Shown one piece after another: positions 26,986-41,197 of a stretch of 64,000 nt of DNA (within the stretch, counting starts at the first letter, position 1; every line of letters begins with the position of its first letter). The DNA comes from Octopus vulgaris (Eukaryota). The translations under genes and the position numbers were made by a program. The stretch spans positions 62,062,001 through 62,126,000 of the forward strand of contig OX597816.1 in NCBI GenBank assembly GCA_951406725.2, in the 5' to 3' direction. The notes beneath the pieces are model-generated. The model searched no databases. It was not told where the DNA came from and was given only the letters and a program-made list of their open reading frames with translations.

Positions 26986-27821
26986 TTATATGGATATGTT
27001 TATGCCTATGCACTGAGGAAAAGGTTTAAGAAACCATCATGAACTAACGTAAAAATTGAAATTGTATAATTTGAAAAATAAACGGCGCCAAAGTGAATTT
27101 AGCGTTCGCAACAGAATCAACTTAAAAACTTATCGAAACATCATTAATTGTTATAGTTTTGTTGTTTCATTTCGTTTTGTTCTGCACTTTATTGTTTTAG
27201 TAGAATAGCAGTATTAGTCGCTAATTACATAGCAATAATTATTTACCTCTATCCTCATCATCTACCTACCCCAGATCAAATCCCTCGATAACAACCATTA
27301 CCATGCAAACATCTAATCAAAATCGATAAATAGGGATACATCGCTTGTTGAAAAATATATAAAAACAATACAAATATGCACAACTAGACTCGGGTTAATT
27401 GGTGCCAATATATACTATGAACCAAGAATCGTGTACTGAGAATGTTTAATTACGCAGCGGATATGTAGGAGTAGGCGTACATAAAATATGTGTGCGTGTG
27501 TGTGTGTGAATAAGTTTAAGCTCAAGTAATATTCTGTGTTATGTGACAGTATGTAGTTAATAAGTGCATGTCACTCTATAAACATGAGTGTTTTTATTTA
27601 AGGTAAAGTAAGCTGCAGTGTGGATGTTTGAGATACATATATAACGGTTACGTGGCAATACGCGTAGTGCTGCATAACCACTATACAACATATCTAGGTA
27701 TGACAATATGTATGGGTATTTGTGTATCTATGAATGTACTTATCTTTGATCATAACTACAGTACTGTGTAATATTCGTGCTTAAAATTTAATGACTATGT
27801 GAAAGAAAATGGATATCGATG

Positions 27822-28140
27822 CCGGCATGGCTGTGTGGTTAAGAACTAAGATTTACAACTACGTGGTTTCGGGTTCAGTATCACTGTGTGTCATCTCGGC
27901 CAAGTGCCTTCTATTATAACCACATGCCGAGCAATACCTTGTTAGTAATTTTGGTAGAGGGAAAACTATATGGAAGTTCGTCGTGTCTATGAGTTTATAG
28001 TTAATTGTATGTGTGCATCAAAGCAGATCGATGTGACTTTGCGTCTGTATTTGTTCCCACTATCGCTTGACAAGCGGGGTTGGTTCATTTACAAGAGCGT
28101 GATGTGGTCTGGCAAAAAGGGGTATGATAAATACCACATT
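27822..28140 (+). mobile_element. Old diverged SINE S1-related copy
   Basis: ggcatggctgtgtggttaagaa..gggttcagtatcactg..atcgcttgacaa.. Confidence 0.65.
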
Positions 28141-28159
28141 TTAAAAAAAATGTATATTA

Positions 28160-28329
28160 GGCGCAGGTGTGGCTGTGTGGTCAGTAGCTTGCTTACCAAA
28201 CACATGGTTCCGGGTTCATTTCCACTGCGTGGCACCTTGGACAAGCGTCTTCTACTATAGCCTTCGGTTCGACGAAAGCCTTGTGAGTGGATTTCGTGGA
28301 CGGAAACTGAAAGAAGCCCGTCGTATATT

Positions 28330-28378
<49 letters not shown>

Positions 28379-28608
28379 ATATGTGTGTGTGTGTATGTGT
28401 GTGTATATGTTTGTGTGTCTGTATGTGTCCCCCGACATCGCTTGACAACCGATGCTGGTGTGTTTACGTCCCCCGTAACTTAGTGGTTTGGCAAAAGAGA
28501 CCGATAGAATAAGTACTAGGCTTCCAAAGAATAAGTCCTGAGGTCGATTTGCTCGACTAAAGGCAGTGCTCCAGTATGGCCGCAGTCAAATGACTGAAAC
28601 AAGTAAAA
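28160..28608 (+). mobile_element. Full-length SINE family S1
   Basis: GGCGCAGGTGTGGCTGTGTGG head (A box), GGGTTCATTTCC B-box-like, internal (TA)n(TG)n and tail GACTGAAACAAGTAAAA. Confidence 0.9.
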
Positions 28609-28929
28609 AAAAAATAAAAGAATACAGGGGTCTCTTTACTAAATCTTCAAGTGTTTAGTCGACCCCTGTATTTATTTTTTAAGTATATACATATGTGTGT
28701 GTATGTCTGTGTGTGTCACTGTGCGCCAGTGTATGTGTATGTGTGGCCGTATATGTGTATGTATGCATATGTTAGTGAGTGATTGTGTATTATTGTATTG
28801 ATGAATGTGTGTTTGAGTGAGCTGTGTATATTTCAATATGATTATCTGCAAACAACGTGCAAATACAGATCTTACCAATTTAAATCTCCACGTATCGAAC
28901 CCATGCAGGCTTCTTCTCTACTGTATTAC

Positions 28930-29400
28930 TGCGCACTGGTACCCCACACTGAACTAAGGCCGACTGGTTGTTAAGCTGCACTAAATATTCTTCTAGCCAT
29001 CTCTCATCGACATTCTTTAGCCTAATCCAGTGACTTTCCTTCTCCACTGTAGTCTGGTTGTCGCTCGTGATAACATATGCTTCACACTGAGTTAGGCATA
29101 GTGACAACAGCCATCGCCTCATATTGCTTCCATGAGACCTCTATTTCCATCTTCGATTGGATTATGTTCTGCTTTCCAGTCTGCGTCTTTATATTCCTCA
29201 AGGAGGTGTGGATGACATTCAATCTTTCGAATCCGAATGGTGTACATGTTATTTTCATCAACTCAACCAGATCTATTACCTTCTTTTCCTTACACCACAT
29301 GATAAAATTCGGTTTCATTGTATCTAAAATGGCGAAGAATCTTTGGCACAGTGGTAAATCTGCAGCCATCTCCTAACAACCATTCTATTTTCCATCGGTA
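28930..29400 (-). mobile_element. Possible degraded LINE ORF1-like remnant
   Basis: Protein-like broken frames (29082-29369; ..IRLKNVDERWLEEYL). The assignment is by loose resemblance only. Confidence 0.25.
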
Positions 29401-30185
29401 ATTGGAATTTTCTTCTTCTTCAAACAGATCTGCTGTCCTATGGGCATGACTGAGGTTGAAATCTCCAGCTGTTTTTTCCCTGTGGTTTGTTACTATTGTT
29501 CATTAGCGCAACTTAATTCCATGCAGCTTAGAAGAGGTCTTTAAGAACCAGATTTTGTCTCCAAGTATATCTATCCAACCCCAGTGTACACAGTGTACCC
29601 CAGTGTACCCCAGTGTACACATATGTTTCAGTGTCTCCTACTTCCTCGCATCTGGATTTATCACTCTTTGATACCTTCCATCACCTCACAAGGTTTGTAG
29701 AGGATGGCAAAGCATCATAGAATGAAGGAATCAAAAATTTTAGTCATTACGTAACTCCACTTACATACTGCATTCCAGCTTATTTTTCTCGCTGTTACGT
29801 GCTCTTCCCATCTCATCATCTGTCATTGTTGTGAGCATTGAACCAGATAAAGCTCTCTTCTCTCTGCTTCCCTTGCCTGTACACTGTTACTAACAAGAAA
29901 TCTACGTCCGCCCTGCATCACGCTTGAATATGGTCTGAAAAGATTTGAGCCAAACCTAAGTCCCTTCCGATCAATTTCGGCAGCAATCACACTATCTCGA
30001 TGATTTAGTGACGTCTAGATGTCACCAGTTTCTGCTTCCGCTTTCCACTTCCTGTTTTTTTTACACCCGGCGGATTACACCTTATTTCTTCGCCCATGGA
30101 TACTCTTATCATCATTACTGTTCCTGCTTTCCCTACTTTACAAATTTCGACAAATGACGCCAAATGTAATCACAGTTAGTACGTT

Positions 30186-30656
30186 AGCTTTTCATTATAC
30201 AAGGTGGACTTAATCATTTCCTAATGAACACATTGCACTCTTGCTCAATAATTTGAATTGAGAAAATATAACATTTCACAAGGGTAAAGAGACAAGCGAA
30301 AGAAAATAGGGATAGCTAGAATGGTTACCATACTAGATTGAAGTAAAGAAAAATATTTGGCAAAAATATTTCAATTATTACGGGGTCGAACCGAAACAAT
30401 ACCCGGTATTTGTTTCAGTTATGTAGATGCCAGATCTTCGAATATCCCCCCTCTGTCCGGCATTAGCCATGAGAGATCGCTAGCCACTAAACCTTTTTCT
30501 ATTTGCTCTCCCTGTTTTTTTCTGTGTTTCTTTTTGTCGAAGAGCGTAGACTCGAAACGTAAAAGACTTTCTCACTTCCCGAGCTTTTCATTATACAAGG
30601 TAGACTTAATCATTCCCTAATGAACACATTGCACTATTGCTCAATAATTTGAATTG
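30186..30656 (+). repeat. 75-bp direct duplication (30186-30260 / 30582-30656) flanking an insert that contains a P2 repeat (30399-30584)
   Basis: agcttttcattatacaaggt.gacttaatcatt.cctaatgaacacattgcact.ttgctcaataatttgaattg occurs twice with 3 mismatches. Confidence 0.9.
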
Positions 30657-30942
30657 GGCTCATGACAACGTCACCTCGTATATTTATAGTAGCCATGAAA
30701 GGTGTAGATACAGGCTAGACAGTAGATACCATATTTTATCATTACCTGGGGATTTTGAACCATCAGTTGCCTTTAGTACATCCTCAGTTTGCTTCATAAT
30801 CTGCATCCCCAGGATAGGGGGAGATCAGACAATGTTCCAGACAATGCACAGTCCAGGCTCTTAACAGTTTCTTCTTTGACTCTTGGTATACTTTCCTTTG
30901 CTTCTTCCTGCACACCCTTAAGGTTGCTCGAATTTTTGCTCC

Positions 30943-31042
<100 letters not shown>

Positions 31043-31247
31043 GTCAGTCTGTATGTTTGCCTCTTTCTGTCTGTCTGTTTGCCTGTCTCTCTGTCTATCT
31101 CTCTCCCCCCTCTCTCTCTCCCTCTTTCTATCTATTAATCTCTCTGCCAGTGTTATAAATTACGTGTCTATGTGTGCTTGTACTAAAGCGTGTTTTATAA
31201 TGTGTGACTGTGTGGCATATTTTTGCGTATCTTCAGCATATTATAAT

Positions 31248-31289
<42 letters not shown>

Positions 31290-31447
31290 CACATAAGAAT
31301 AGACTACCACATACATACACTCAGATATACATATAGACAGATAAATTCAATACGCAGTCAATTCAATTAGTCACAATTGCACAGACGGCAGTGCAAAAGT
31401 ATGTATGTATGTATGTATGTATGTATGTATGTATGTATGTATGTATG

Positions 31448-31531
<84 letters not shown>

Positions 31532-32778
31532 TGTGTGTGTGTGTGTGTGTGCAAGATTACACTTGTGTATGTGTTACTATGATGGTGTTTGCTTGCATTC
31601 ACATATGAGTCTACTAACTCCACTAGACCGTTTTTAGCCTTCACTGTAACACCAAGACACATTGGTAAATACACAAACAACACTCGCATACTAATACACG
31701 CACAAACACAACGTATAGTCATATCCTCACTTGTATTGATAGTCACTTGTTGGAACACACAAATTTATTATCTAAAATAACCAACAGCAATTAAAACACT
31801 AATGGCTTTTATTAGATGCGTATTGAAACAAAGAATAAAGGATGATTAGTAAAGCGACAGAAATAGATCAAATTATAGTTGTTGTAGTAGTAGTTATTGG
31901 AGTTGTTATTGTTGTAGTTGTTGTAGGAGTAATGCCGCTTAAATAAAACAAAAAAAAAAAACGAAAAAAAAAGAGGAAAAGGAAATGCTATAGATTTCAT
32001 TAGTAACAGAAATATTTACGAGAAGAATAGGAAATGAACTGAGATGGAAATAAAATGAAATAAACAATATCAAATAATGAAGTTAAACATAAGTAAATAT
32101 AAGTAACGAAATATATATAAAATCATGTTTTTTCGAAACACAATACACTTTAAATAAAGAAATAATAAACACGAAATATCATGGAGTAATTAAAATTTCA
32201 CCATATAACAAAACAAAATGCATAAACAAATGAATTTTTCAACAAAGATTATATAGCTAATAATGTTTCTATGGTGTTTCAAGCATAATAAACATGTGCT
32301 GAAGAATATCATAGAAGATCTCAAAAATTGTTTGCCTTTGTTTCGGTTCGATCCCGGAATAAGCGAAATATTTTTGCCAAATATTTTTTCTTTATTTCAG
32401 TCTTGTAAGGTAACCATTCTAGCTATCTGTATATTCTGCCATTTGTCTCTTTATCCTTGTGCAATATTATATTTCTCTCTGAAAGAGTTCGAAAAGATTA
32501 TTTTGCATTTTGGTCCAAAAAGTGAAGGGCAGCACCGATGGCTCTTTTTTATAGTTCTTTTTATTCTTCAGGTTTTCTGCAACTGGTTGGAGGAAATTAT
32601 CTTCATTTCAGTGAACTGACAAAAAATGCTTACAATTGGAGAAAATCTTGCCTGAAGTACCCAGCGACAGGTGATGGTCTTAAACCATGCGACAGATTAA
32701 GCCTACCAACAAAGAATCCGAAATAGCAAGAGCTGTAAAAAATTCCGCAACCTGTTTTTCCGGCATATTAACAAACCT

Positions 32779-33080
32779 TTTTTTTACGACCAGGCTATCA
32801 GATGTTGCTACACATCGCTGGTCACAATGCGCTTCGCATTGTTTTAGCCTAGTCCACTAGTCCACCCCGGTGGCTAAACGAGCAGGCCAGCAGAAGAAAG
32901 AGTGAGAGAAAGTTGTGGCGAAAGAGTACAGCAGGGATCGCCACCACCCCCTGCCGGAGCCTCGGGGAGCTTTAGGTGTTTTCGCTCAATAAACACTCAA
33001 AACGCTCGGTCTGGGATGCGAAACCGCGATCCTACAACTGCGAGTCCGCCGCCCTAACCACTGGGCCATTGTGCCTCCAC
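32779..33080 (-). mobile_element. tRNA-derived SINE (head type H2, tail a) with poly(A) tail and 12-bp TSD
   Basis: A box TGGCCCAGTGG. TSD ATTAACAAACCT at 32767-32778 and 33081-33092. Confidence 0.9.
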
Positions 33081-33439
33081 ATTAACAAACCTGCTATCTA
33101 TATTTCTGGAAATTTATTTTATGAACCCTGACATGATGGAAGCCAAATTGGGCCCCAGTGTGATTTGAACTCAGAGAGCAAAGACAAGACAAATATTGCA
33201 AAACACATTGTTATTAATTCCAAGGACGTCTTCACTTTGTCATCGTCCTTTGCTCTTCGTCTGGGAATGATAGAGCCATGTTTGAGATTGAACTCAAAAC
33301 TTCTAGGTGACTGCACTGCATTAATGGCGTACTCGTCTTTGTTGTTGCTTTCAATACGAGCATTTAGTAGTGTATAAAGGCGTTAGTTATTTCTGAGATG
33401 AGAAATTTTTTAATATTATGTATTAGTCAAAAATACAGA

Positions 33440-33900
33440 ATTGTTATATTTCCACTAATTTCAACCTCATCAGATATCTAATTCTGGTGGTATATTTTAC
33501 ATTTTTACTCGGATCACTTTCCGTCCCAGGTAAATCGGTAGTATTGTGAAGTCTTTAGTTCTCTGTAGGACAGTGGAGAGCTTCTGGCCTAGGATTTCAG
33601 AGTGGAAAATATCTCTAATGTATTCAAAGGTATGGATATGACTCACAAAACGTTTGTGTTCCCATAAGTTCCTTAAATAGAGTTCAGCTAATTCTGACGG
33701 TATAGCTCTGATTTGTGCCATTTCGTTCATAGGCATCTATACAGACATGTTTTCATTTAGTTTGCTCCAAACTTCGATGCGTTATATTGAATGTCACTTT
33801 TCTCTATTCTCATCCATGAATATGTTCTCTGTTTCTTTTAAATATTCATGCATCTTGACTAGTAGGTGGATATCGAAAACATTTCTGATATGCCAAAATA
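33440..33900 (-). mobile_element. Possible Tx1/L1 ORF1 remnant
   Basis: ORF 33497-33736 ..FTILPIYLGRKVIRVK.. reads like an RRM-junction segment of LINE ORF1. Flanking frames are broken. Confidence 0.35.
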
Positions 33901-34024
33901 AATAGTTTGGTCCTTCATGATTTTACTACTACTAGTGGGGGTGATCGAGGTGGTGGCGTTGCAAGTATCATGCATCATTATTACATTTTACGGGGTATAA
34001 TGTTAATTCACGATTTGCTGCTGT

Positions 34025-34375
34025 CTTCTTCTTCTTCTCCTCCACATCCTCCTCCTCCTCCTCCTCCTTCTTCTTCTTCTTCTTCTTCTTCCAATCAGGA
34101 TTCACGCCATTAGCCACAAAGAATCATCTTTAATTCGAGCCTACTCTAATGCGTGTGGCAACTTGAAGATCCACCCACCACACGCGATAGACTGGCGGTT
34201 GCACAGGCGCGAAAGCTACGTTGTTATCCTCATTCCGTAAACGCTGGTTTTTAACCGGTGGAGAGCTGAACCATCCTGGAGTACGGAGGATTCGCAATCT
34301 AGACAAAGCCCTGAAAGTTTACCACAGCATAGTGGGTTACACCATGGTTCCTCTGCTTTGTGGCAGAAGTAGGAA
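34025..34375 (-). mobile_element. SINE 3' module (tail b) ending in a (GAA/GGA)n tail
   Basis: Homologous to 43680-43972. Confidence 0.8.
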
Positions 34376-34476
34376 TAAAGAAATACCTATTTCTTTACTA
34401 CCCACATATATGTGTACGTGTTTGTTTGAAAGTATGTGTGTATTTGCGTGTGTCCGTGTCTATGTGTGTATGTGCT

Positions 34477-34532
<56 letters not shown>

Positions 34533-34966
34533 TATGCATATAATTTAGAACTAAGCTTAAGCGCAGAGTAACTCCATGTTAACAGCTGCAGGTCGAGACG
34601 AATATAATATGATTTGGTAGGGATACAATAAATGGAATTTGCACTACTTACATTAACAAAACCTATACTGTTTAATCCGTAAAAATCACCATAAAAACAT
34701 ATTTTGCATAATTCAAACATTGCACAAATGTTATTCGTGAAGCGTTTATGCTTCCCAAGAAATTCTTTATTCTTGTCTTTAAAAAAGGCGCCATATATAA
34801 TTGCAACAATAATCATCAGAAATGTACTTTCCGTAGAGCTCATATTCACAACACGTTCTGTAAATATTACTTGGTGCATTTGAAATCGCTTAAAGTATTT
34901 ATAAGAATTCATTATATAAAGGACACCTGCACTTTTATGCGATTGACACAAGGTAGTAAATTTATA

Positions 34967-35005
<39 letters not shown>

Positions 35006-35061
35006 AGTATGTATATTTTTGTGTCGTATATGTATATATGTATATATATATACATATATAC

Positions 35062-35131
<70 letters not shown>

Positions 35132-35507
35132 ATGCATACATACACCCACATATAATGTATGCGCAGGTAGAATGTCACACGTTAATAAATAGCTACTTTG
35201 TGTGTAAATATTTTAGTATTTGAGTTTAAACTTTCGATAATGTTGATAATATTTGTGTGTAGTTTAGGTTTTATAGTCGTATGTTCATTAATGTGCATTC
35301 TCAGAATATTATTTAATAGTACACATGGAACGCAATAAAACGCAATAATAAAAATTAAAATAATATATAACAAAAAAGAAGTCTTCTACCACAAAATGCA
35401 AACAAAAACAAACAAATCGAAGGAAACAGACATTTGAAAGGGAACATGCTAGTGACAAAACACACGCAAACAGTACAAAAAGTGATTAACTTTAGCAATA
35501 ATATTGC

Positions 35508-35548
<41 letters not shown>

Positions 35549-35601
35549 GTAATAATAACAACAACAATAATAACAATAACAATAACAATAATAACAATAA
35601 C

Positions 35602-35633
<32 letters not shown>

Positions 35634-35869
35634 AAATAATAATAATAATGAGAATAACAACAACAACAATAATAATGGAGATGATGATGATGATGATGAT
35701 AATGACAATGACAAAAACTATGATGATGAGGAGAAGGAGGACAATGACGATGATGATGAGCGGGAGGACGGTGGTGATGATGGTAATGATGATGATGTGG
35801 ACGATGAGGATGATGAAGAAGAAGACGAAGATTATGATGATGTGCACGATGGTGATGATAATAATAATG

Positions 35870-35921
<52 letters not shown>

Positions 35922-36030
35922 CAATAATAATGATGATAATAATGGAAATGATGATGATGATGATAATGATGACGACAACGACTATGATGATGATGTGTAC
36001 GATGGTGATGATGATGATAATAATAATAAC

Positions 36031-36082
<52 letters not shown>
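35508..36082. repeat. Compound (AAT)n/(GAT)n trinucleotide tract
   Basis: Direct reading; produces spurious poly-N/D/I/Y ORFs in several frames. Confidence 0.9.
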
Positions 36083-36551
36083 GTAGCAACAGCCACAATA
36101 GTGGAGAGTGCTGATAGTCATGCTTATGCTCCTTCCTCAAATATGTATGTCGCGAAATTTTGCTAAAATTATAAAGTCTATCAAGTACATACACAAAAAT
36201 ATGTATAAATCTGTCCACCTATATTTTGTTAAATGAACAAACCATTATTTCAGAGAAATCACTTTGAAAAAAATAGCTTACAGTCATAAATTAGAGTAAC
36301 ATTCAGAATAGAACTAAAAAACCAGAATCCAATAGAATTTTTAAAAGAAAGAAATAGAGAAAAAAAAGAAAATACGCATATCCTGGCAAAGTATGTTTGA
36401 TGTTTGGAGCTCTTCTTATAAAAATATCATCTCACATCTCCAAGTATATGTTATTTTAAACTCACACACCACTCATTCACTAACCCGTTCTCAGTACCTC
36501 ATAAACGTGTATATGTATATATATACATACATACATACATACATACATACA

Positions 36552-36582
<31 letters not shown>

Positions 36583-36634
36583 GTATATATATATATACAC
36601 ATACATATACTTGGATAAGTAAATATATATACAA

Positions 36635-36678
<44 letters not shown>

Positions 36679-36716
36679 GTGTATCGTTAAATACATGTGA
36701 ATATAAATATACATAC

Positions 36717-36808
<92 letters not shown>

Positions 36809-37107
36809 AAAAGAAAGAAACAAAGAAAGAAAGAAAGAAAGAGAGAAAAAAGAAAGAGAGAGAGAGAGAAAAGTCGTCAGAATTTTGGAAAAAATCCTTT
36901 TATTTCTTCATTATTATTATTAGCGCTTTCGTTCCTCTCTAGAACTTGTCAAATACAATTTTAAGAATGTACTCACAGCTTGTTCATTTATATAAAACAG
37001 ATGTTTTTTTTTTATGTTGGTGAGGGTTATTTAGAAGAGAACATTGTTTTTTATTTTTTTGGCTTAGGTTCCAAGACTGGAATTGGATAGATAGAAATAT
37101 AGGTAGG

Positions 37108-37189
<82 letters not shown>

Positions 37190-37530
37190 TGTAGATAGAT
37201 AGATAGATAGTCAGACAGATAGATAGATGGGTAGAAGGAATGAGAGAGAGAAGGGGTATCCACCTTCCTATTCACCATTCATTCATTTATTTTAATTTAA
37301 TTCAGCTCAATACACGTCATTGATTGGTTGAAATTACTGAAATACGACCCCATTAACAAGATATAACTTCAAAAATAGAGAGCTTTCTTAACAACGCCAA
37401 GAGTAAAATATGTTTTATGTGACACATTCTACCAGTATACGAAGTTTGAAAGTGTTTAGTTACAAAAAATTATTTTTTACATCTGTCGGTCAAAAGGTAA
37501 ATATCCTAAATATATACCTAATAGAGTATG

Positions 37531-37578
<48 letters not shown>

Positions 37579-37614
37579 ACTACTTTATTATCTCCCATTC
37601 TTCCTAGCTCTCCT

Positions 37615-38690
37615 CTGTGACCCCACTGTCCGGCATTCGCCATGATAGATCACTAGCTACGAAACCATTTTCTATTTTATCCACCTGTTTATTTCAGTGT
37701 TCACAAATGTATACGTACGGACATATATACATACTCATAATGAGACCTATAATAGCAGATCCCGCATGCAAAACCCACCGCTTCAGTAACTTTTTAGATA
37801 CCCTCTTAAAACCATTTCTGAAGCATATCAAAAACTACAGAAGGGACGACATAGATATGCTGTCACCTTCCTAAAGCAATAAGCAAAAACACCCTACTAG
37901 TATCCTTCGATGTAGTCAACCTCTATTTTAATATACCCCACAGCCTAGGAATAGAGGCAATTCAATTATGGCTGGAGAATTAAGCCAATGAACTCCCACA
38001 TCGCATCAAAAGAGAATTCGTAATAGAAGGGTTAAAATTGGAGAATAACTAATTTGTCTTCAAAGACAACTTCTATCGACATAAATTGGGGACTGCGATT
38101 GGTACGAGAAAGGCCCGCACTCCTTTGCTAACCTAGTCATGGGATATCTAGAAACCAGTCTTTACCGTAAGGTACTAGAAATGCGGAAACCCATTCTCCC
38201 TCTACATAGAAAATAACTGGAAGAGGTGTCTTTATGACAGTTTCATTCTTTGGCATGAAATTATAGACTTAAAGAATTTCAAGCACTTATAAATGGTCTT
38301 GCCGTAAACATTCAATTCACGATGGAATATAGTCACCAACAGTTTCCTTTCCTCAACACCTTCATGTGCTTACCTCAACACTTACATCTGTTTCGGAGAA
38401 CCAGATATAGGTATTAACTTGTTCTGGGTGTCGAGAGCAACACATAGGCCAAACCAAAAACAGTTTACGTCAAATGATGGCTGTACATAGATCCCAGATC
38501 AAAATTTGGAAATAGAGAAAAATAGCATTCAGCGAATACATTGACATTTCAGCCAATAACAAACAACCCAGCTTCAGAATTTTCCCCTTCTGTCAATTCA
38601 GGGACGATGCAAACTGTAGTCAGCGCATTAGTAAAGCGTCATACTTATCACAAAATATAAACCCCTTTTAAATGCGTCCACCACAAATGA
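37615..38690 (+). mobile_element. Degraded Penelope-like element (RT + GIY-YIG) preceded by a P2 repeat fragment
   Basis: RPIIA..FLDTLLKP, LVSFDVVNLYFNIPH, GTAIGT, FANLVMGYLE, IQFTME..FPFL and LTCSGCREQHIGQT. 37615-37700 matches family P2. Confidence 0.85.
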
Positions 38691-39357
38691 CACGACTACA
38701 AGAGCCTTAGAATAATACCCAGGCAAATATTAAAAACGATATGTTCAGAACAGTCACTACCAATGAATTTATTCAGAAGAATTCCAATCAGTACTACTAC
38801 AACCAAAATGGGTCCCTTTTAGGTCAATTGACCATTTAAGAGGTTTCCACCAACATCCTACTACTGACATACCACCCCCTCATTCTTCTTCTTCTTCTTC
38901 TTCTTCTTCTTCTTCTTCTTCTTCTTCTTCTCCTTCTTCTTCTTCTCCTTCTTCTTCTTCTTCTTCTTCTTCTTCTTCTTCTTCTTCTTCTTCTTCTTCT
39001 CCTCCTCCTCCTTTCTCAATTACTACTGCTTCTTAAACAATTAAGAACAAGAATTCATATCAAACATTAAGACTTCTACATGCTGCCCATCACACAGACC
39101 TCACACGAGTAAAAAGACAGAGACAGACAGAAAAACGGAAAATTCCCTTGCCTTTGAAAACTATGGAAATATTTTTAAAAAAACCCATTTCACTTCATTT
39201 TTGCACAATTTAATTGTTTTTCGTGCTTTAAGTTGAAAAGTCGCAAAGAACGAAAGAGGTACAAAAATGTTCTTCATGATAAAATTATTTTAGCATTTTC
39301 TACCTTGTCTTATTTTCCTCATACATGTCAACGCGTGTGTTCCTTTTCACCTTCTAC

Positions 39358-39432
<75 letters not shown>

Positions 39433-39448
39433 TGCGTGCGTGCGTGTG

Positions 39449-39493
<45 letters not shown>

Positions 39494-40313
39494 CATGGGA
39501 GAGAGAGAAATAGATAAATAGATAGACAAATAGATAGAAAGATAGATATGTAGATAGATTGATAGATAAATGGATAGAAACGTATCTATTTATGTGTATA
39601 TCTGTGTGTTTGTCCTCCATCACTCATTGGCAACGGGTATTAATTTGTTTGCATCTACGCAAGCTAGCGGTCCTGCAGAAGATAGTATGTATCAGATTCA
39701 GAAATAAATAAGGAGGATTGATTTGCTATACTCTATCCCATCAAGGTGGTGCCTGAGCAATACTGAGGCCTAATGACTGAAAAATGTAATTAATCTCATG
39801 CTATTAATCTCTCACACCAACTAGTACTCTCTCTCTTTCTCCGTCTTTTTTCTACCTTCTCCCCTCTCTCTCTGTTCTCTTTTTCTCTCCCTCGGTTTCT
39901 CTATCTCTCTCTTTCTCTTTCTCTGCTTTACATTTCCACAGTTCAAATCCATTCCACCAATTAACATTCGCTGCATTTCTTCGTTGACCATTCCTTGGTG
40001 TTATCGTTCAACTAATTCACTCTGTCTTTCGGTTATTTGAACGTCCAGTCGAAGAATCTTAACCCGAAACGCTGGATTCCTCACTCTCCCACCCAATGAA
40101 ACTGAACACATTCAATTTCCCTTCGCTGTCATATGCCTCTTTATAAGTTTATATGCGTTTTCACAGGCTATCAACATTCTAACACGATGTATATCATTAT
40201 GTTATAGATATGCACAAACAAACCGCTATAATATACACACATATATGCATACTTATATATTATGTGTGTGCGTGTGTGTGTGTATGTGGTGTGTATAAAG
40301 CAAATGTCTAGGT

Positions 40314-40399
<86 letters not shown>

Positions 40400-40538
40400 G
40401 CATGATTCATGGATGGATAGATCGATAGATCAATAAATCGATGAAACGAAGGATAAAAGGATGGATGGGCAGATAGAATGGCAATACAAAATTAACTGTT
40501 AATACCTGAATTCATTATTATCACAATACCTCCTCTCA

Positions 40539-40573
40539 ATAATGAGGTTTTTGTCTTGACATCAGTATATATG

Positions 40574-40640
<67 letters not shown>

Positions 40641-40691
40641 ATGTGTGTGTGTGTGTGTATGTATATATCAATGTCAAGACAAAAACCTCAT

Positions 40692-40694
<3 letters not shown>
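40539..40694. repeat. Perfect 24-bp inverted repeat flanking a (TA)n(TG)n tract
   Basis: ATAATGAGGTTTTTGTCTTGACAT (40539-40562) / ATGTCAAGACAAAAACCTCATTAT (40671-40694). Confidence 0.9.
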
Positions 40695-40723
<29 letters not shown>

Positions 40724-41018
40724 AGGTATGCTTAGTAATTTTGTGTAAGTGTGTAGTTATTTCAATGACTCTTGTGCTGATGAATATACATACAATTTTG
40801 CATGCGTATATAGATGTGCGTATGTGACTGTATGTGTGTGTGTATGTATGTGTGTTCGGGGTGGGCGAGTTGAAGCATTCTTGGGTGAAACCAGATCTAT
40901 TTACAACAGTCAGATTGACAAATGAGGAGAAATACAGAATAATCCCAGCATTAATATAAACCCGTCCTTATCCGCCTCTAAGCCGATTGCTATATTGGAG
41001 ATGGGAAGCATATTATAG

Positions 41019-41097
<79 letters not shown>

Positions 41098-41098
41098 C

Positions 41099-41145
<47 letters not shown>

Positions 41146-41147
41146 TT

Positions 41148-41197
<50 letters not shown>

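Noticed and set aside
35434-36166. 200-226 aa poly-Asn/Asp, poly-Ile and His/Tyr-rich ORFs
   Set aside because: They are translations of (AAT)n/(GAT)n tracts open in several frames on both strands; no unique coding sequence.
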